A stretch of DNA of 64,000 nt from an uncultured bacterium (lineage in GTDB: Bacteria; Acidobacteriota; HRBIN11; JAKEFK01). Position 1 is the first letter of the stretch. Every line of letters begins with the position of its first letter. The stretch covers positions 264,502 through 328,501 of the forward strand of contig CAVYSN010000021.1 of the NCBI GenBank assembly GCA_963771165.1, in the 5' to 3' direction. Below the pieces are notes generated by a model. The model saw only the letters and a program-made list of their open reading frames with translations. It had not been told where the DNA came from and did no database searches. Position numbers and translations under genes: made by a program. Of this stretch, positions 9,950-19,078 are shown piece after piece.

Positions 9950-12052
9950 GTGGGGACCACTCGGTTGCAGAACAACCCGGCAAATGCTCGAAATCCCGTT
10001 ACAAGAGACGAGCGTCTATCGCAATTTTACCCGCTGATCCTCGAACTTCACGAAATGACAAGCTCCGGCAAGGTGCTGGACCGCATTCTTCAGTTTTGTC
10101 TGGAAGCACTGGATGCCAGTTACGGTTTGATCGCCCTGATCGATTACGAAAAAGAACTCCTGGATATACGCGCAAAAACGGAGCGCGATCTGATGCGAAA
10201 GACAACAAGAATTGCCTTGATGGAGCCGGTGTTCAAAAAAATCGCCTTCGATGCGCACTACGAAATGGTATCCGATTACTCCGATTCCTCCTTTCATCTA
10301 CCGTTTTATCGCGGAGCACGTTCGGCGGTTTATGTTCCGCTCGCGCTGCTGCAAACTGCAATCTCTGTGCAGAAAGGTCCGGGTGAAAACAAACCGGCAA
10401 CTCCCAACGTTGTTGGAATGCTGGTTGTAGAATCGAATAAACCGCGTGCATTTACAAAAGAGGATCTGGCATTCTTGCTTGCCCTCTGTTCTCAGTCCGC
10501 TTCCTTGATCAAAACCATCCAGCGTTTCGAGGCCTTGCAGAAAGAGAATCAGTTGCGCGATGAATTGACGGCAAAGATTCTCAAAATGGATCCCAAAGAA
10601 AGCCATCAACTGGATCAGTTGCTCAAAAACATCCTGGAACTGGCTTTTGAGCTGACGGATACAGCCCACGGTACCATCCTTTTGCTCGAAGAATCAACGG
10701 GTGATCTCATCATCAAACAACAGGCCAGCAAAGGAGATTTTCTGGATCGTCCACCAGCGAGACTTCATTACCAACCGGGACAGCGAAATGGAATTTCTTT
10801 CCAGGTTCTTAAAACCAGAACCCCTTATATCAGTCACGATGTATCGAAGGATCCGCATTACGTGCAAATCTTTAAGCATATTCAGTCGAATCTTGGAATA
10901 CCGATTATTTTTCAAGGCCGCGCGATCGGAGTTCTCCTCCTGGAATCCACCCGTTTGAATCACTTTCATCCGGGGTATCTGAAATCCCTTCAAAAGCTTG
11001 TCGATGAGATGGTCTTCTTCCTTCGTCGCGCCCAGCTCGGCGAATACATTCGCCAGAAAGGGGGTGAGATTACGATCATCGGCAAGAGCAAGATCATGGA
11101 AGAAGTGGATCATTTTGTCGAAAGCGTTGCTCAATCCGATTCCACCGTTCTACTTCTGGGCGAAAGCGGCGTTGGAAAAGAATTGATTGCGCACGCGGTT
11201 CATTTCAACAGCAAACGGCGAGATAAACCCTTTATCACAGTGAATTGCGGAGGCCTGACAGAGGAGATTCTTGCCAATGAACTCTTCGGACATGTGAAGG
11301 GATCTTTCACCGGTGCGATCCGCGATCAAATGGGAAAGTTTGAGCTGGCACATGAAGGAACACTTTTTTTGGATGAAGTAGCTGATATGAGTATGAAGCT
11401 TCAAACGCTTCTGTTGCGCGCCGTTCAGTATGGCGAAATTCAGAAAATCGGAGAGGATAAGCCGAATAAAAAAGTAAACGTCCGGATCATCTGTGCGACC
11501 AACCAGGATATGGAAAAAATGGTCAGCGCCGGCAAATTCCGTAAAGACCTCTACTACCGCATCAACGTCGTTCCGCTTTTCATTCCGCCGCTTCGCGAAC
11601 GGAAAGAAGACGTTCCGGTCCTTGTAAACTATTTTGTCGAAAAGATCTGTTTGCGGAATGAGCTTGCTGTAAAAAAAGTATCTCCTGATGCGATGAAAGC
11701 TTTACAGGATTACAACTGGCCCGGTAACGTACGGGAACTGGAGAATATAGTGGAGCGTGTTGTGATTCTGACTCGCGATCCCCTGATTCACGCAAGGCAT
11801 TTGCCACCCAATCTTGTTGGTCTGCCGATGCCGCTCGCTACGGAATCCAACGAGGCATCGCTCCAGGATAAACTCTCCACGATTGAATCCTATTTGATCC
11901 GTCAGTGTTTGGATGCACACGGCTGGAACGTATCCAACACGGCTCGCTCTTTAGGATTAACTCGCCAGGGATTGCAGAAAAAAATGCGCAAGCATGAGCT
12001 GAAAAAAGGACGCCCTGAATCTTATGGAGCGCATGCGTCCCGCCTGCATTAA
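9950..12052 (+). CDS. sigma54-dependent transcriptional activator (GAF-GAF-AAA+-HTH)
   Basis: GESGVGKE Walker A, GSFTGA loop, and a C-terminal Fis-type HTH (NTARSLGLTRQGLQKKM). The GTG start is uncertain. Confidence 0.9.
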   Translation: MGTTRLQNNPANARNPVTRDERLSQFYPLILELHEMTSSGKVLDRILQFCLEALDASYGLIALIDYEKELLDIRAKTERDLMRKTTRIALMEPVFKKIAFDAHYEMVSDYSDSSFHLPFYRGARSAVYVPLALLQTAISVQKGPGENKPATPNVVGMLVVESNKPRAFTKEDLAFLLALCSQSASLIKTIQRFEALQKENQLRDELTAKILKMDPKESHQLDQLLKNILELAFELTDTAHGTILLLEESTGDLIIKQQASKGDFLDRPPARLHYQPGQRNGISFQVLKTRTPYISHDVSKDPHYVQIFKHIQSNLGIPIIFQGRAIGVLLLESTRLNHFHPGYLKSLQKLVDEMVFFLRRAQLGEYIRQKGGEITIIGKSKIMEEVDHFVESVAQSDSTVLLLGESGVGKELIAHAVHFNSKRRDKPFITVNCGGLTEEILANELFGHVKGSFTGAIRDQMGKFELAHEGTLFLDEVADMSMKLQTLLLRAVQYGEIQKIGEDKPNKKVNVRIICATNQDMEKMVSAGKFRKDLYYRINVVPLFIPPLRERKEDVPVLVNYFVEKICLRNELAVKKVSPDAMKALQDYNWPGNVRELENIVERVVILTRDPLIHARHLPPNLVGLPMPLATESNEASLQDKLSTIESYLIRQCLDAHGWNVSNTARSLGLTRQGLQKKMRKHELKKGRPESYGAHASRLH

Positions 12053-12097
12053 GGACCGCAGGCATCTTGCCTGCTCAGCACATCATATAATTGTCCC

Positions 12098-14191
12098 GTG
12101 AATTTTTTGACACTCCCCTCCAGCATAGAAAATGCTCCCATGGTCAATGAGGCTCGCGGGAAGATTTTCCGCAATCATGGGATCCGCACGATCGAGGACC
12201 TGTTGTGGTATTTACCGTTTCGATATGAGGATTGGCGCCATCCAAAACAGATCAAGGAGCTTGTGGACGGAGAAGTTGCTACGATTGTTGGGACCGTCAC
12301 ACGCACGCATCTCCATCTGACATCGCGAAGAAACTTTAAGATTCTGGAAGTCACCATCCAGGACGGATCCGGTTCGATTCTCATTCGATTCTTCAACCAG
12401 CCTTACCTGAAGGAACAATTTGAAAAGGGCCGTAAAGTCGCCCTGCATGGGACGGTTCGGGTGGATCCTTTCGGTCATGACGCTGAAATGGAGAATCCTC
12501 AGCATGAAATTTTGAAGAAGGAGGATCTATCGGAGTATTTGCGGGTGCGGCCGGTTTACGAAAGGATTGTCAGCATTACTCCCAAAATGCTTCGATGGAT
12601 CATAAAAGGAAGTCTGGAGGCGATTCCGGCACAATCTTTTGGGGAACCACTTTCGGATGAGTTGCGCAAGAAGTACAAACTGGTCGATCGGAGAACCGCA
12701 TTCCTGCAGCTCCATTTTCCCTCTCCTGAAATTTCTCTCGACGATTTGCAGAATCGCAGATCGCAAGGGCATCGCCGCCTGATTTTTGAAGAATTTTTTC
12801 TGCTCGAAGTCGGACTTGCATACAAACAAAAAGAGCGTCCGAAAAAAAAACACAGCGTCCTGGTGGATAACCGGGTTCGTGAAAAAGTGCGCGCGGCTTT
12901 GCCGTTCAAGTTGACGGATGCTCAAAAACGGGTGATTCGCGAAATCGTCGAAGACATGAAAAAGGATCCTGTGATGTACAGGCTTCTCCAGGGGGATGTC
13001 GGAAGCGGCAAAACGATCATCGCCTTGATGGCCTCCATTGTGGCAATGGAAAACGGATTTCAGGCCGCGTTCATGGTGCCGACCGAGCTTCTCGCGGAGC
13101 AGCACTTCAGCAACATTTCCTACCTACTACGTAATACTAGCTATATAGTACGTCTTTTAGTCGGAGGGCAATCCAAGAAAAATCGCGTTCAGTATCTGGA
13201 AGAGATCGCGAACGGGGAATGTCCGCTCGTGATCGGCACGCATGCGCTGATTCAGGATCCCGTAAAATTCAAAAGTCTGGGACTTGTGATTGTCGATGAA
13301 CAGCATCGTTTTGGTGTTTTGCAGAGGGAGGCTTTGGTCAAGAAAGGGGAGAATCCGGACTGTCTGATCATGACGGCCACCCCCATTCCTCGATCCCTTG
13401 CTTTAACCGTTTACGGCGATCTCGAAACATCGATTTTGGATGAGCTGCCGCCGGGGAGGAAGCCGATTTTGACTCGCAAATGGCCGTTGAAGAAGAAAGC
13501 GGAGCTATATCATCAGATCGCCGCCGCCGTACGAAAAGGGCAGCAAGCATACGTCCTTTGTCCGCTTATAGAAGAATCGGAAAAGCTTCAGCTTTCTGCA
13601 GCAGAGAAGCTGGCTGATGAGTTACGACGCTCATTCTCGGATCTTTCGATTGGATTGATTCATGGGGGTATTCCGGCCCGTGAGCGGGAGGTGATCATGC
13701 GAAATTTCCTGGACAAAAAAATTCAGATGCTGGTTGCCACTACTGTGATCGAAGTCGGCATTGATGTGGCGAACGCGTGCATTATGGTGATTGAGCATGC
13801 GGAAAGATTCGGTCTGTCTCAGTTGCACCAGCTGCGGGGGCGTGTCGGACGAGGGAGAGATCAGTCTTATTGTTATTTGCTGATTCCGGCGGAATCCGAT
13901 CTGACAGAGGAAGCAAAAATGCGGATCGATGCAATGATTGCAACGGACAATGGATTCAAAATTGCTGAGACGGATCTGAAAATTCGTGGCCCCGGGGAAC
14001 TCACCGGCACAAGACAATCCGGTTTGCCAACCTTCCGGATCGGAAATCTATTGCTGGATCAGAAGATTCTAGAAATTGCTCGAAAGGAAGCTTTTCATTA
14101 CATCGATACTTATCGCCAGAACCCTGAAGTCCTGAGAAACTTTTTCCAAAAATACTGGAACAACCGCTTCGGTCTCATCCAGGTCGGTTAG
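12098..14191 (+). CDS. recG: ATP-dependent DNA helicase RecG
   Basis: 697 aa with GDVGSGKT and DEQHRFG helicase motifs and an N-terminal wedge region. Confidence 0.93.
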   Translation: MNFLTLPSSIENAPMVNEARGKIFRNHGIRTIEDLLWYLPFRYEDWRHPKQIKELVDGEVATIVGTVTRTHLHLTSRRNFKILEVTIQDGSGSILIRFFNQPYLKEQFEKGRKVALHGTVRVDPFGHDAEMENPQHEILKKEDLSEYLRVRPVYERIVSITPKMLRWIIKGSLEAIPAQSFGEPLSDELRKKYKLVDRRTAFLQLHFPSPEISLDDLQNRRSQGHRRLIFEEFFLLEVGLAYKQKERPKKKHSVLVDNRVREKVRAALPFKLTDAQKRVIREIVEDMKKDPVMYRLLQGDVGSGKTIIALMASIVAMENGFQAAFMVPTELLAEQHFSNISYLLRNTSYIVRLLVGGQSKKNRVQYLEEIANGECPLVIGTHALIQDPVKFKSLGLVIVDEQHRFGVLQREALVKKGENPDCLIMTATPIPRSLALTVYGDLETSILDELPPGRKPILTRKWPLKKKAELYHQIAAAVRKGQQAYVLCPLIEESEKLQLSAAEKLADELRRSFSDLSIGLIHGGIPAREREVIMRNFLDKKIQMLVATTVIEVGIDVANACIMVIEHAERFGLSQLHQLRGRVGRGRDQSYCYLLIPAESDLTEEAKMRIDAMIATDNGFKIAETDLKIRGPGELTGTRQSGLPTFRIGNLLLDQKILEIARKEAFHYIDTYRQNPEVLRNFFQKYWNNRFGLIQVG

Positions 14192-14276
14192 CTCTTAACA
14201 CAGAGACACGGAGACGCAGAGTTTAAGAAAAGGATTCTGATTTTTCTCTGTGCCCTGTGTCTCTGTGTTAACGAGC
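14191..14276. repeat. Family-C hairpin repeat (octamer units ACACAGAG/ACGCAGAG)
   Basis: acacagag acacggag acgcagag ... ctctgtgc cctgtgt ctctgtgt. Starts at the last base of the recG stop codon. Confidence 0.85.
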
Positions 14277-14338
14277 TACCGGTCGTTTGTGTGAATTGCG
14301 CCTCCAAATCGAATGGCGTATATTCACGTGAGAGTGAA

Positions 14339-15238
14339 ATGGCTGAACTGAAGAGGATCTCCTGGATTGGTTGCGGCAAAGTGGGCCGAACGCTCGCACG
14401 GGCTTTGCAGATTGCAGGCTATGAAACAGCGGCTGTCGTAGCCAGGACTTCCGACAGCGCAAAGCGGGCAGTGCAGTTCATCGGAGCCGGAACAGCGACG
14501 ACAGATATGGAGGATGCCCTCACATCCGCATCCGTTCACTTCATAACCACAAACGATGACGCCATCCAGGAAATTGTTGATCAAATCATCAAGGTCGCTC
14601 CTGATCAACTCGACAATCACTACTTTTTTCACACCAGTGGAACCGTCAACTCTACCATATTAGAACCCCTTGCCAAAAAGGGAGCATTTGTCGCTTCGAT
14701 TCATCCGTTGCAGGTCTTTGCGGACCCCGCAAAGGCTTTGGAAACTTTGCCGGGGATTTACTATGCGATTGAAGGCCATGACAAAGCAATGGCGCTGGCG
14801 GTTCAGATCGTGGATCATCTGCAAGGCAAGCTATTATTGATTCCAACCGGACGGAAAGTTCTTTACCATATCGCCGGTGTCTTTGTCGCAAATTACCTGA
14901 TGGTTCTGATCGATCTGGCTCTGCATATTATGCAAGATCTTGGCGAGACGCAGGAAGATGCGTTTGAGGCCTTCCTGCCGTTAATGGTTGGAGCTTTGCA
15001 AAACGTGGAGAGTCTGGGTGTGGGTGAATCTTTAACAGGCCCCATTGCGCGTGGAGATGCAGCCACCATCCGGCGGCATTTGGAGGCGTTGAACTTGCTG
15101 AGACCTGAAATCAGCGAAATTTATACGATGCTCGGAAATGAAGCTGTACAAATCGCAGCAAGGGCCGGGAAGATTACACCCAAAAAGGTGCAAGAGCTTA
15201 CAAAAATACTTACGCCGGCAAAGGACACCGTACATTGA
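14339..15238 (+). CDS. Rossmann-fold / DUF2520-type protein (NADP-oxidoreductase-like)
   Basis: ISWIGCGKVGRTLA dinucleotide-binding start and C-terminal TGPIARGDAATIRRHLEAL. Start set to ATG 14339. Confidence 0.7.
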   Translation: MAELKRISWIGCGKVGRTLARALQIAGYETAAVVARTSDSAKRAVQFIGAGTATTDMEDALTSASVHFITTNDDAIQEIVDQIIKVAPDQLDNHYFFHTSGTVNSTILEPLAKKGAFVASIHPLQVFADPAKALETLPGIYYAIEGHDKAMALAVQIVDHLQGKLLLIPTGRKVLYHIAGVFVANYLMVLIDLALHIMQDLGETQEDAFEAFLPLMVGALQNVESLGVGESLTGPIARGDAATIRRHLEALNLLRPEISEIYTMLGNEAVQIAARAGKITPKKVQELTKILTPAKDTVH

Positions 15239-15239
15239 A

Positions 15240-16373
15240 ATGACGCTAGCCAGTTATGCCATACGCAATGACGAAACTCGCGGCCGCCGTTATCCGGAAG
15301 CGGAGCATCCCTATCGCACTCCATTTCAACGCGACAGAGATCGAATCATTCACTCGCGCGCTTTCCGACGTTTAGAATACAAAACACAGGTTTTCGTGAA
15401 TCATGAAGGTGACCACTACAGGACCCGTCTGACTCACAGCATTGAAGTAGCACAAATTGCGCGCACGGTTTGCGGAGCACTTTCGTTAAACGCCGATCTT
15501 GCGGAAGCTCTGGCGTTATGCCACGATCTGGGCCATCCTCCGTTTGGGCACTCCGGACAGGATGTGCTCGATGCAATGATGAAGGACCATGGAGGATTCG
15601 AGCATAATTTGCAAACGCTTCGCATCGTGGAAGAGCTCGAACAAAAATACATAGACTTTCCCGGATTGAACCTCACGTTCGAGATGCGTGAAGGAATCGT
15701 TAAGCACAGCGCCAGCTACAAGGGAGTGAAAAACCCTCCGGAATCTTTAAGGGAATACGATTTGAATGCATTCCCGCCTCTCGAAGCTCAGGTCATCGAT
15801 CTATGTGACGAAATCGCGTATAACAACCATGATCTGGATGATGGCCTGGAATCCCGATTGATTGAACTGGACGATTTGATTGAGAATGTCACTATTTTTC
15901 GGGAAATCTTTCAGTCGGTGAAACAGCAACATCCCGGCGTCTCTGTAAAGATGCTGAGCAACGCCACAATCATTGGTCTTATCAATTTGCTGGTGACAGA
16001 TCTGGTCCAAAACATCGAACGAACGCTTGCGCGGGACGGTATTCAATCTCTGCAAGCTATTCGCAGTGCATCGCGATTGATTCCCTGTTTCAGCGAAGAA
16101 ATCGGTGACAAGAACCGCGAACTAAAGACGTATCTGTTTAAGCACATGTACACGCATTACCGCGTGCACAGAATGAAAAGCAAAGCTAGACGAATTTTGG
16201 AATCCCTGTTTTCCGCTTATCAGGAAGACCCTGCTCTTTTGCCTTCTCACTATCAACAGAAAGCAAAAAAAGAAGGGAAGGAGCGAATCATCTGTGACTA
16301 TATTGCTGGAATGACCGATCGCTTTGCGATTGAAGAATACGAAAAACTTTTTAACCCGCGTTACCGCGTTTAA
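15240..16373 (+). CDS. dGTPase-like dNTP triphosphohydrolase (HD domain)
   Basis: 377 aa from MTLASYAIRNDE with FQRDRDRIIHS and HDLGHPPFGH motifs. It starts 1 nt after the upstream stop. Confidence 0.9.
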   Translation: MTLASYAIRNDETRGRRYPEAEHPYRTPFQRDRDRIIHSRAFRRLEYKTQVFVNHEGDHYRTRLTHSIEVAQIARTVCGALSLNADLAEALALCHDLGHPPFGHSGQDVLDAMMKDHGGFEHNLQTLRIVEELEQKYIDFPGLNLTFEMREGIVKHSASYKGVKNPPESLREYDLNAFPPLEAQVIDLCDEIAYNNHDLDDGLESRLIELDDLIENVTIFREIFQSVKQQHPGVSVKMLSNATIIGLINLLVTDLVQNIERTLARDGIQSLQAIRSASRLIPCFSEEIGDKNRELKTYLFKHMYTHYRVHRMKSKARRILESLFSAYQEDPALLPSHYQQKAKKEGKERIICDYIAGMTDRFAIEEYEKLFNPRYRV

Positions 16374-16378
16374 TTCTC

Positions 16379-17039
16379 ATGCCGATTCGCGTTCAACTCT
16401 TCGCTGCATTCGCAGACTTTACCGGAAAACGGGAGATTGAATGGGAATACAGTCCCGGATTAACGTGTGAATATTTGTGGAAGGATCTCCAAATTCAGTA
16501 TCCTCGCGTGGCTCGCATTCCGGCGCTTTTTGCCATAGAGAATGAGTACGTTCCACCGGGCACAGAACTGAAGGACGGGGACTCTTTGATGATTTTTCCG
16601 CCCGTGAGCGGCGGGGCCGTTTCCTGTATCTATGAAGCGGCTTTATCTGTGGAGCGCGCGCTGGAAGCCATCCGTGATGAAAATGGCGGCGGAGAAGCAG
16701 TTTTTATCGGACGCGTAAGAAGGTGGAGCGAAGGGAAAGAAAATACGTCACCTTTTTTACGAATGTCATGTTGCAATGGCAGATAATGAAATTCACAGGA
16801 TCATCGGCGAAATGAAGCAGCGATGGCCACTTTGACAGGTCCATGTCGAACATCGAATTGGAAAGTTGGAAGTTGGAGATATTGCTGTCATAGTTGCCGT
16901 TTCTGCTGAACATCGAAAGGAAGCGATGGAAGCATGCCGTTATGGTATCGATGAGTTGAAACATCGCGTGCCGATCTGGAAGAAAGAAGTTTCCGAAGAC
17001 GGCGAAGAATGGATAGGAGCCTGCGATTATAAGTCATGA
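16379..17039 (+). pseudogene. fused molybdopterin synthase MoaD-MoaE (MoaX-like), disrupted by one frameshift and one in-frame TGA
   Basis: The MoaD part ends in PPVSGG and runs directly into MoaE. There is a +1 frame change in gggaaagaaaat (~16736-16744) and a TGA at 16833-16835 inside RWPL*QVHVEHRIG. The remainder (EHRKEAMEACRYGIDELKHRVPIWKKE) is conserved. Confidence 0.75.
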
Positions 17040-17099
17040 GCAATGAGTCATGGGCAATAAGACCAAACTGACACGGTCTCATGACTCATTGCTCATTGC
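17033..17099. repeat. Family-A hairpin repeat
   Basis: tcatgag caatgag tcatggg caataag acc ... ggt ctcatga ctcattg ctcattg. It contains the moaE stop codon (17037-17039). Confidence 0.85.
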
Positions 17100-17112
17100 T
17101 CCGGCACTGATT

Positions 17113-17274
17113 ATGAAGTGGACAGGTAAGATGCTGGAATTGATCGGGATGGTGGTTGTAGCCGCCGGATTTCTCTACGGCGTACAGTACAGTCTGGTTC
17201 GCTTTGAGCTTGGAGCTCTCGCGATCGGCAGCCTGATCTTCTATGTTGGATGGTTAATCGAGAAAAGAACATGA
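17113..17274 (+). CDS. small two-TM membrane protein
   Basis: 53 aa from ATG 17113 with two hydrophobic helices. Its stop overlaps the start of the next gene (ATGA at 17271-17274). Confidence 0.4.
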   Translation: MKWTGKMLELIGMVVVAAGFLYGVQYSLVRFELGALAIGSLIFYVGWLIEKRT

Positions 17275-18924
17275 AAAGGTTTACGATTTTTACTTCTGAT
17301 CCTCTTTTCGACGCGCTGCATTCGCAGCGCTCTGATGATCAAGCCCGTGCGCGTGCAAAACGGGAGTGGCCGCAGCGATCGATGTACCAGATCTCTCTGG
17401 AGATCGATCCACAAACAAAAAGTTATAAAGGACATCAAAAGGTTATTTTTACCAACAGGCAGAATCGATCCACAAATTACGCCGTTTTTTTCGTTTATCC
17501 GAACGATCCAGGTCTCACGAAATCAGAAAAACAATTCATGCGTGTCTCGAATATTACTGTCAATGGCGATGCCTGTCACGGCCGAAGAGAAGGGCCCCTA
17601 CCTGCGAATTCCTCTCGGAAAGGAACTTTTGCCCCGAAAAACGGTGACGATCGAATTGGACTTTGAAGCAACTGTACCCGATCAGAAACAAAGCAGCGAT
17701 CTGTTCAGCGAAGCGATGGAGGAACTAAGGAGATTGATGGATCCGAAGAGCCAGGCTGATACGGATTACGGTGTGTTCAGCTCGGGAAAAGATATTGTCA
17801 ATCTCGGACTCTGGTATCCAATCCTTTCAAAATACGACAAGGATGGATGGGATGAAGAAAAATATTCCGGCATTGGTGATGTAAGCTATTTCGATCCGGC
17901 AGATTTTCAAGTTTCGATCACGGCACCGGCTGATTACAAAGTGGTTACCACCGGATCCGAGATTAGCCGATCACCCGCAGGGAAAAGCAAATTTCTTTAC
18001 AAGATTGATGCTCCAATGGCGCGTGATTTTGAAGTTGAGCTCAGTCGTTTTTATTCGGAAGCGACCCGGTTGACCAAGGGACAACTATTCGGGCTTTCTT
18101 TCTGCCGCAACACAGTAAAAGCGGACAGTCGACTCTGGATAGCGCGACAAAAGCCTTCGAATATTTCGAAAAGTCGTTCGGACCTTATCCGTATACGGAG
18201 TTGGATATCGTTGAAGCTCCACTTTTTGGCGGAGCCGGAGGTGTGGAATTCCCCGGACTGGTGACAATCTCGTCCATGCTTTATCAGGAGGATGAGCAGA
18301 CGAAAGGTGACGATACTCTTAAGAATTTGCTCGCGAACAATCCCGCCTTCGATCAGCTGCTGGAATTCGTTGTTGTGCATGAAGTCGCTCATCAATGGTG
18401 GAACGCGGTCGTGGGAAGCAATTCGAAAAAGCATCCTTATATAGATGAAGCGATGGCCAACTATTCTGCGATTCTTGTACTTTGAGCATTATTACGGACG
18501 AAAAGCCGCAGAGCAGCAAATGGCCATGCAGATGAAGGTGAATTATCAAATGCATCGACTTCTGGGTGGAGAGGATAAACCTGTGCTTCTCCCTGCCTCT
18601 TCCTTTCAAGGTCCGCTGGAATACGCGGCTATCATTTACGGTAAAGGCGCTCTGTATTTTGATCGTCTGCGATCTTTGATGGGCCATACACCTTTCATGT
18701 CTGCGGTCAAGACCTATTACAATTCATTCTGGTTTGGCATTGCAGGGCCTGATGATTTTAAGAAGATTGCTCAGCGAAAATCACCGGGTAAAAGCAAGGC
18801 CATCGAAGACCTGTTTCAACGGTGGATGAATGGTCTGCACGGCGATGAGGATGTAGGCCCGGGAACACTTGATGGAGTCATGAAGACAGTGCTTTCGACA
18901 AACCAGGGATATTCCAACGGATAA
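17271..18924 (+). pseudogene. M1-family zinc aminopeptidase, at least 3 frameshifts
   Basis: HEVAHQWWN-x18-E gluzincin motif. Fragments in the track ORFs 17250, 17335, 18201 and 18445 join across frame changes near 17577, 18060 and 18475. A possible fourth near 18908 would extend the gene to 18973. Confidence 0.8.
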
Positions 18925-19078
18925 GCTGGACGATCTGTTAAAAGAACTCGATAAGATTTTGAAGGAACCCTAGCGGGAACGGAGGCTCGCTCTCCTTCTC
19001 AGGAGAGTAGGCTCTTCGAGTTTTTCAACAGCTCGACCCGCCCGATAAATTAGGTTTTTTTACTTAGGAGGAGACTTG

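Noticed and set aside
16736-16744. Programmed ribosomal frameshifting or transcriptional slippage as the explanation for the frame changes at A/T runs.
   Set aside because: The sites share no slippery-heptamer plus stimulatory-structure pattern. Several junctions are not at homopolymers. Up to seven occur in one gene. Lesions or consensus errors are more parsimonious, though slippage rescue cannot be excluded without RNA data.
16833-16835. The in-frame TGA in moaE as evidence for stop-codon reassignment (TGA=Gly) or selenocysteine.
   Set aside because: TGA clearly terminates many well-conserved genes here, for example at 15236, 17037, 23702 and 55554. The gene also carries a frameshift, and I identified no SECIS-like hairpin. 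A point lesion or sequencing error is the simpler explanation.
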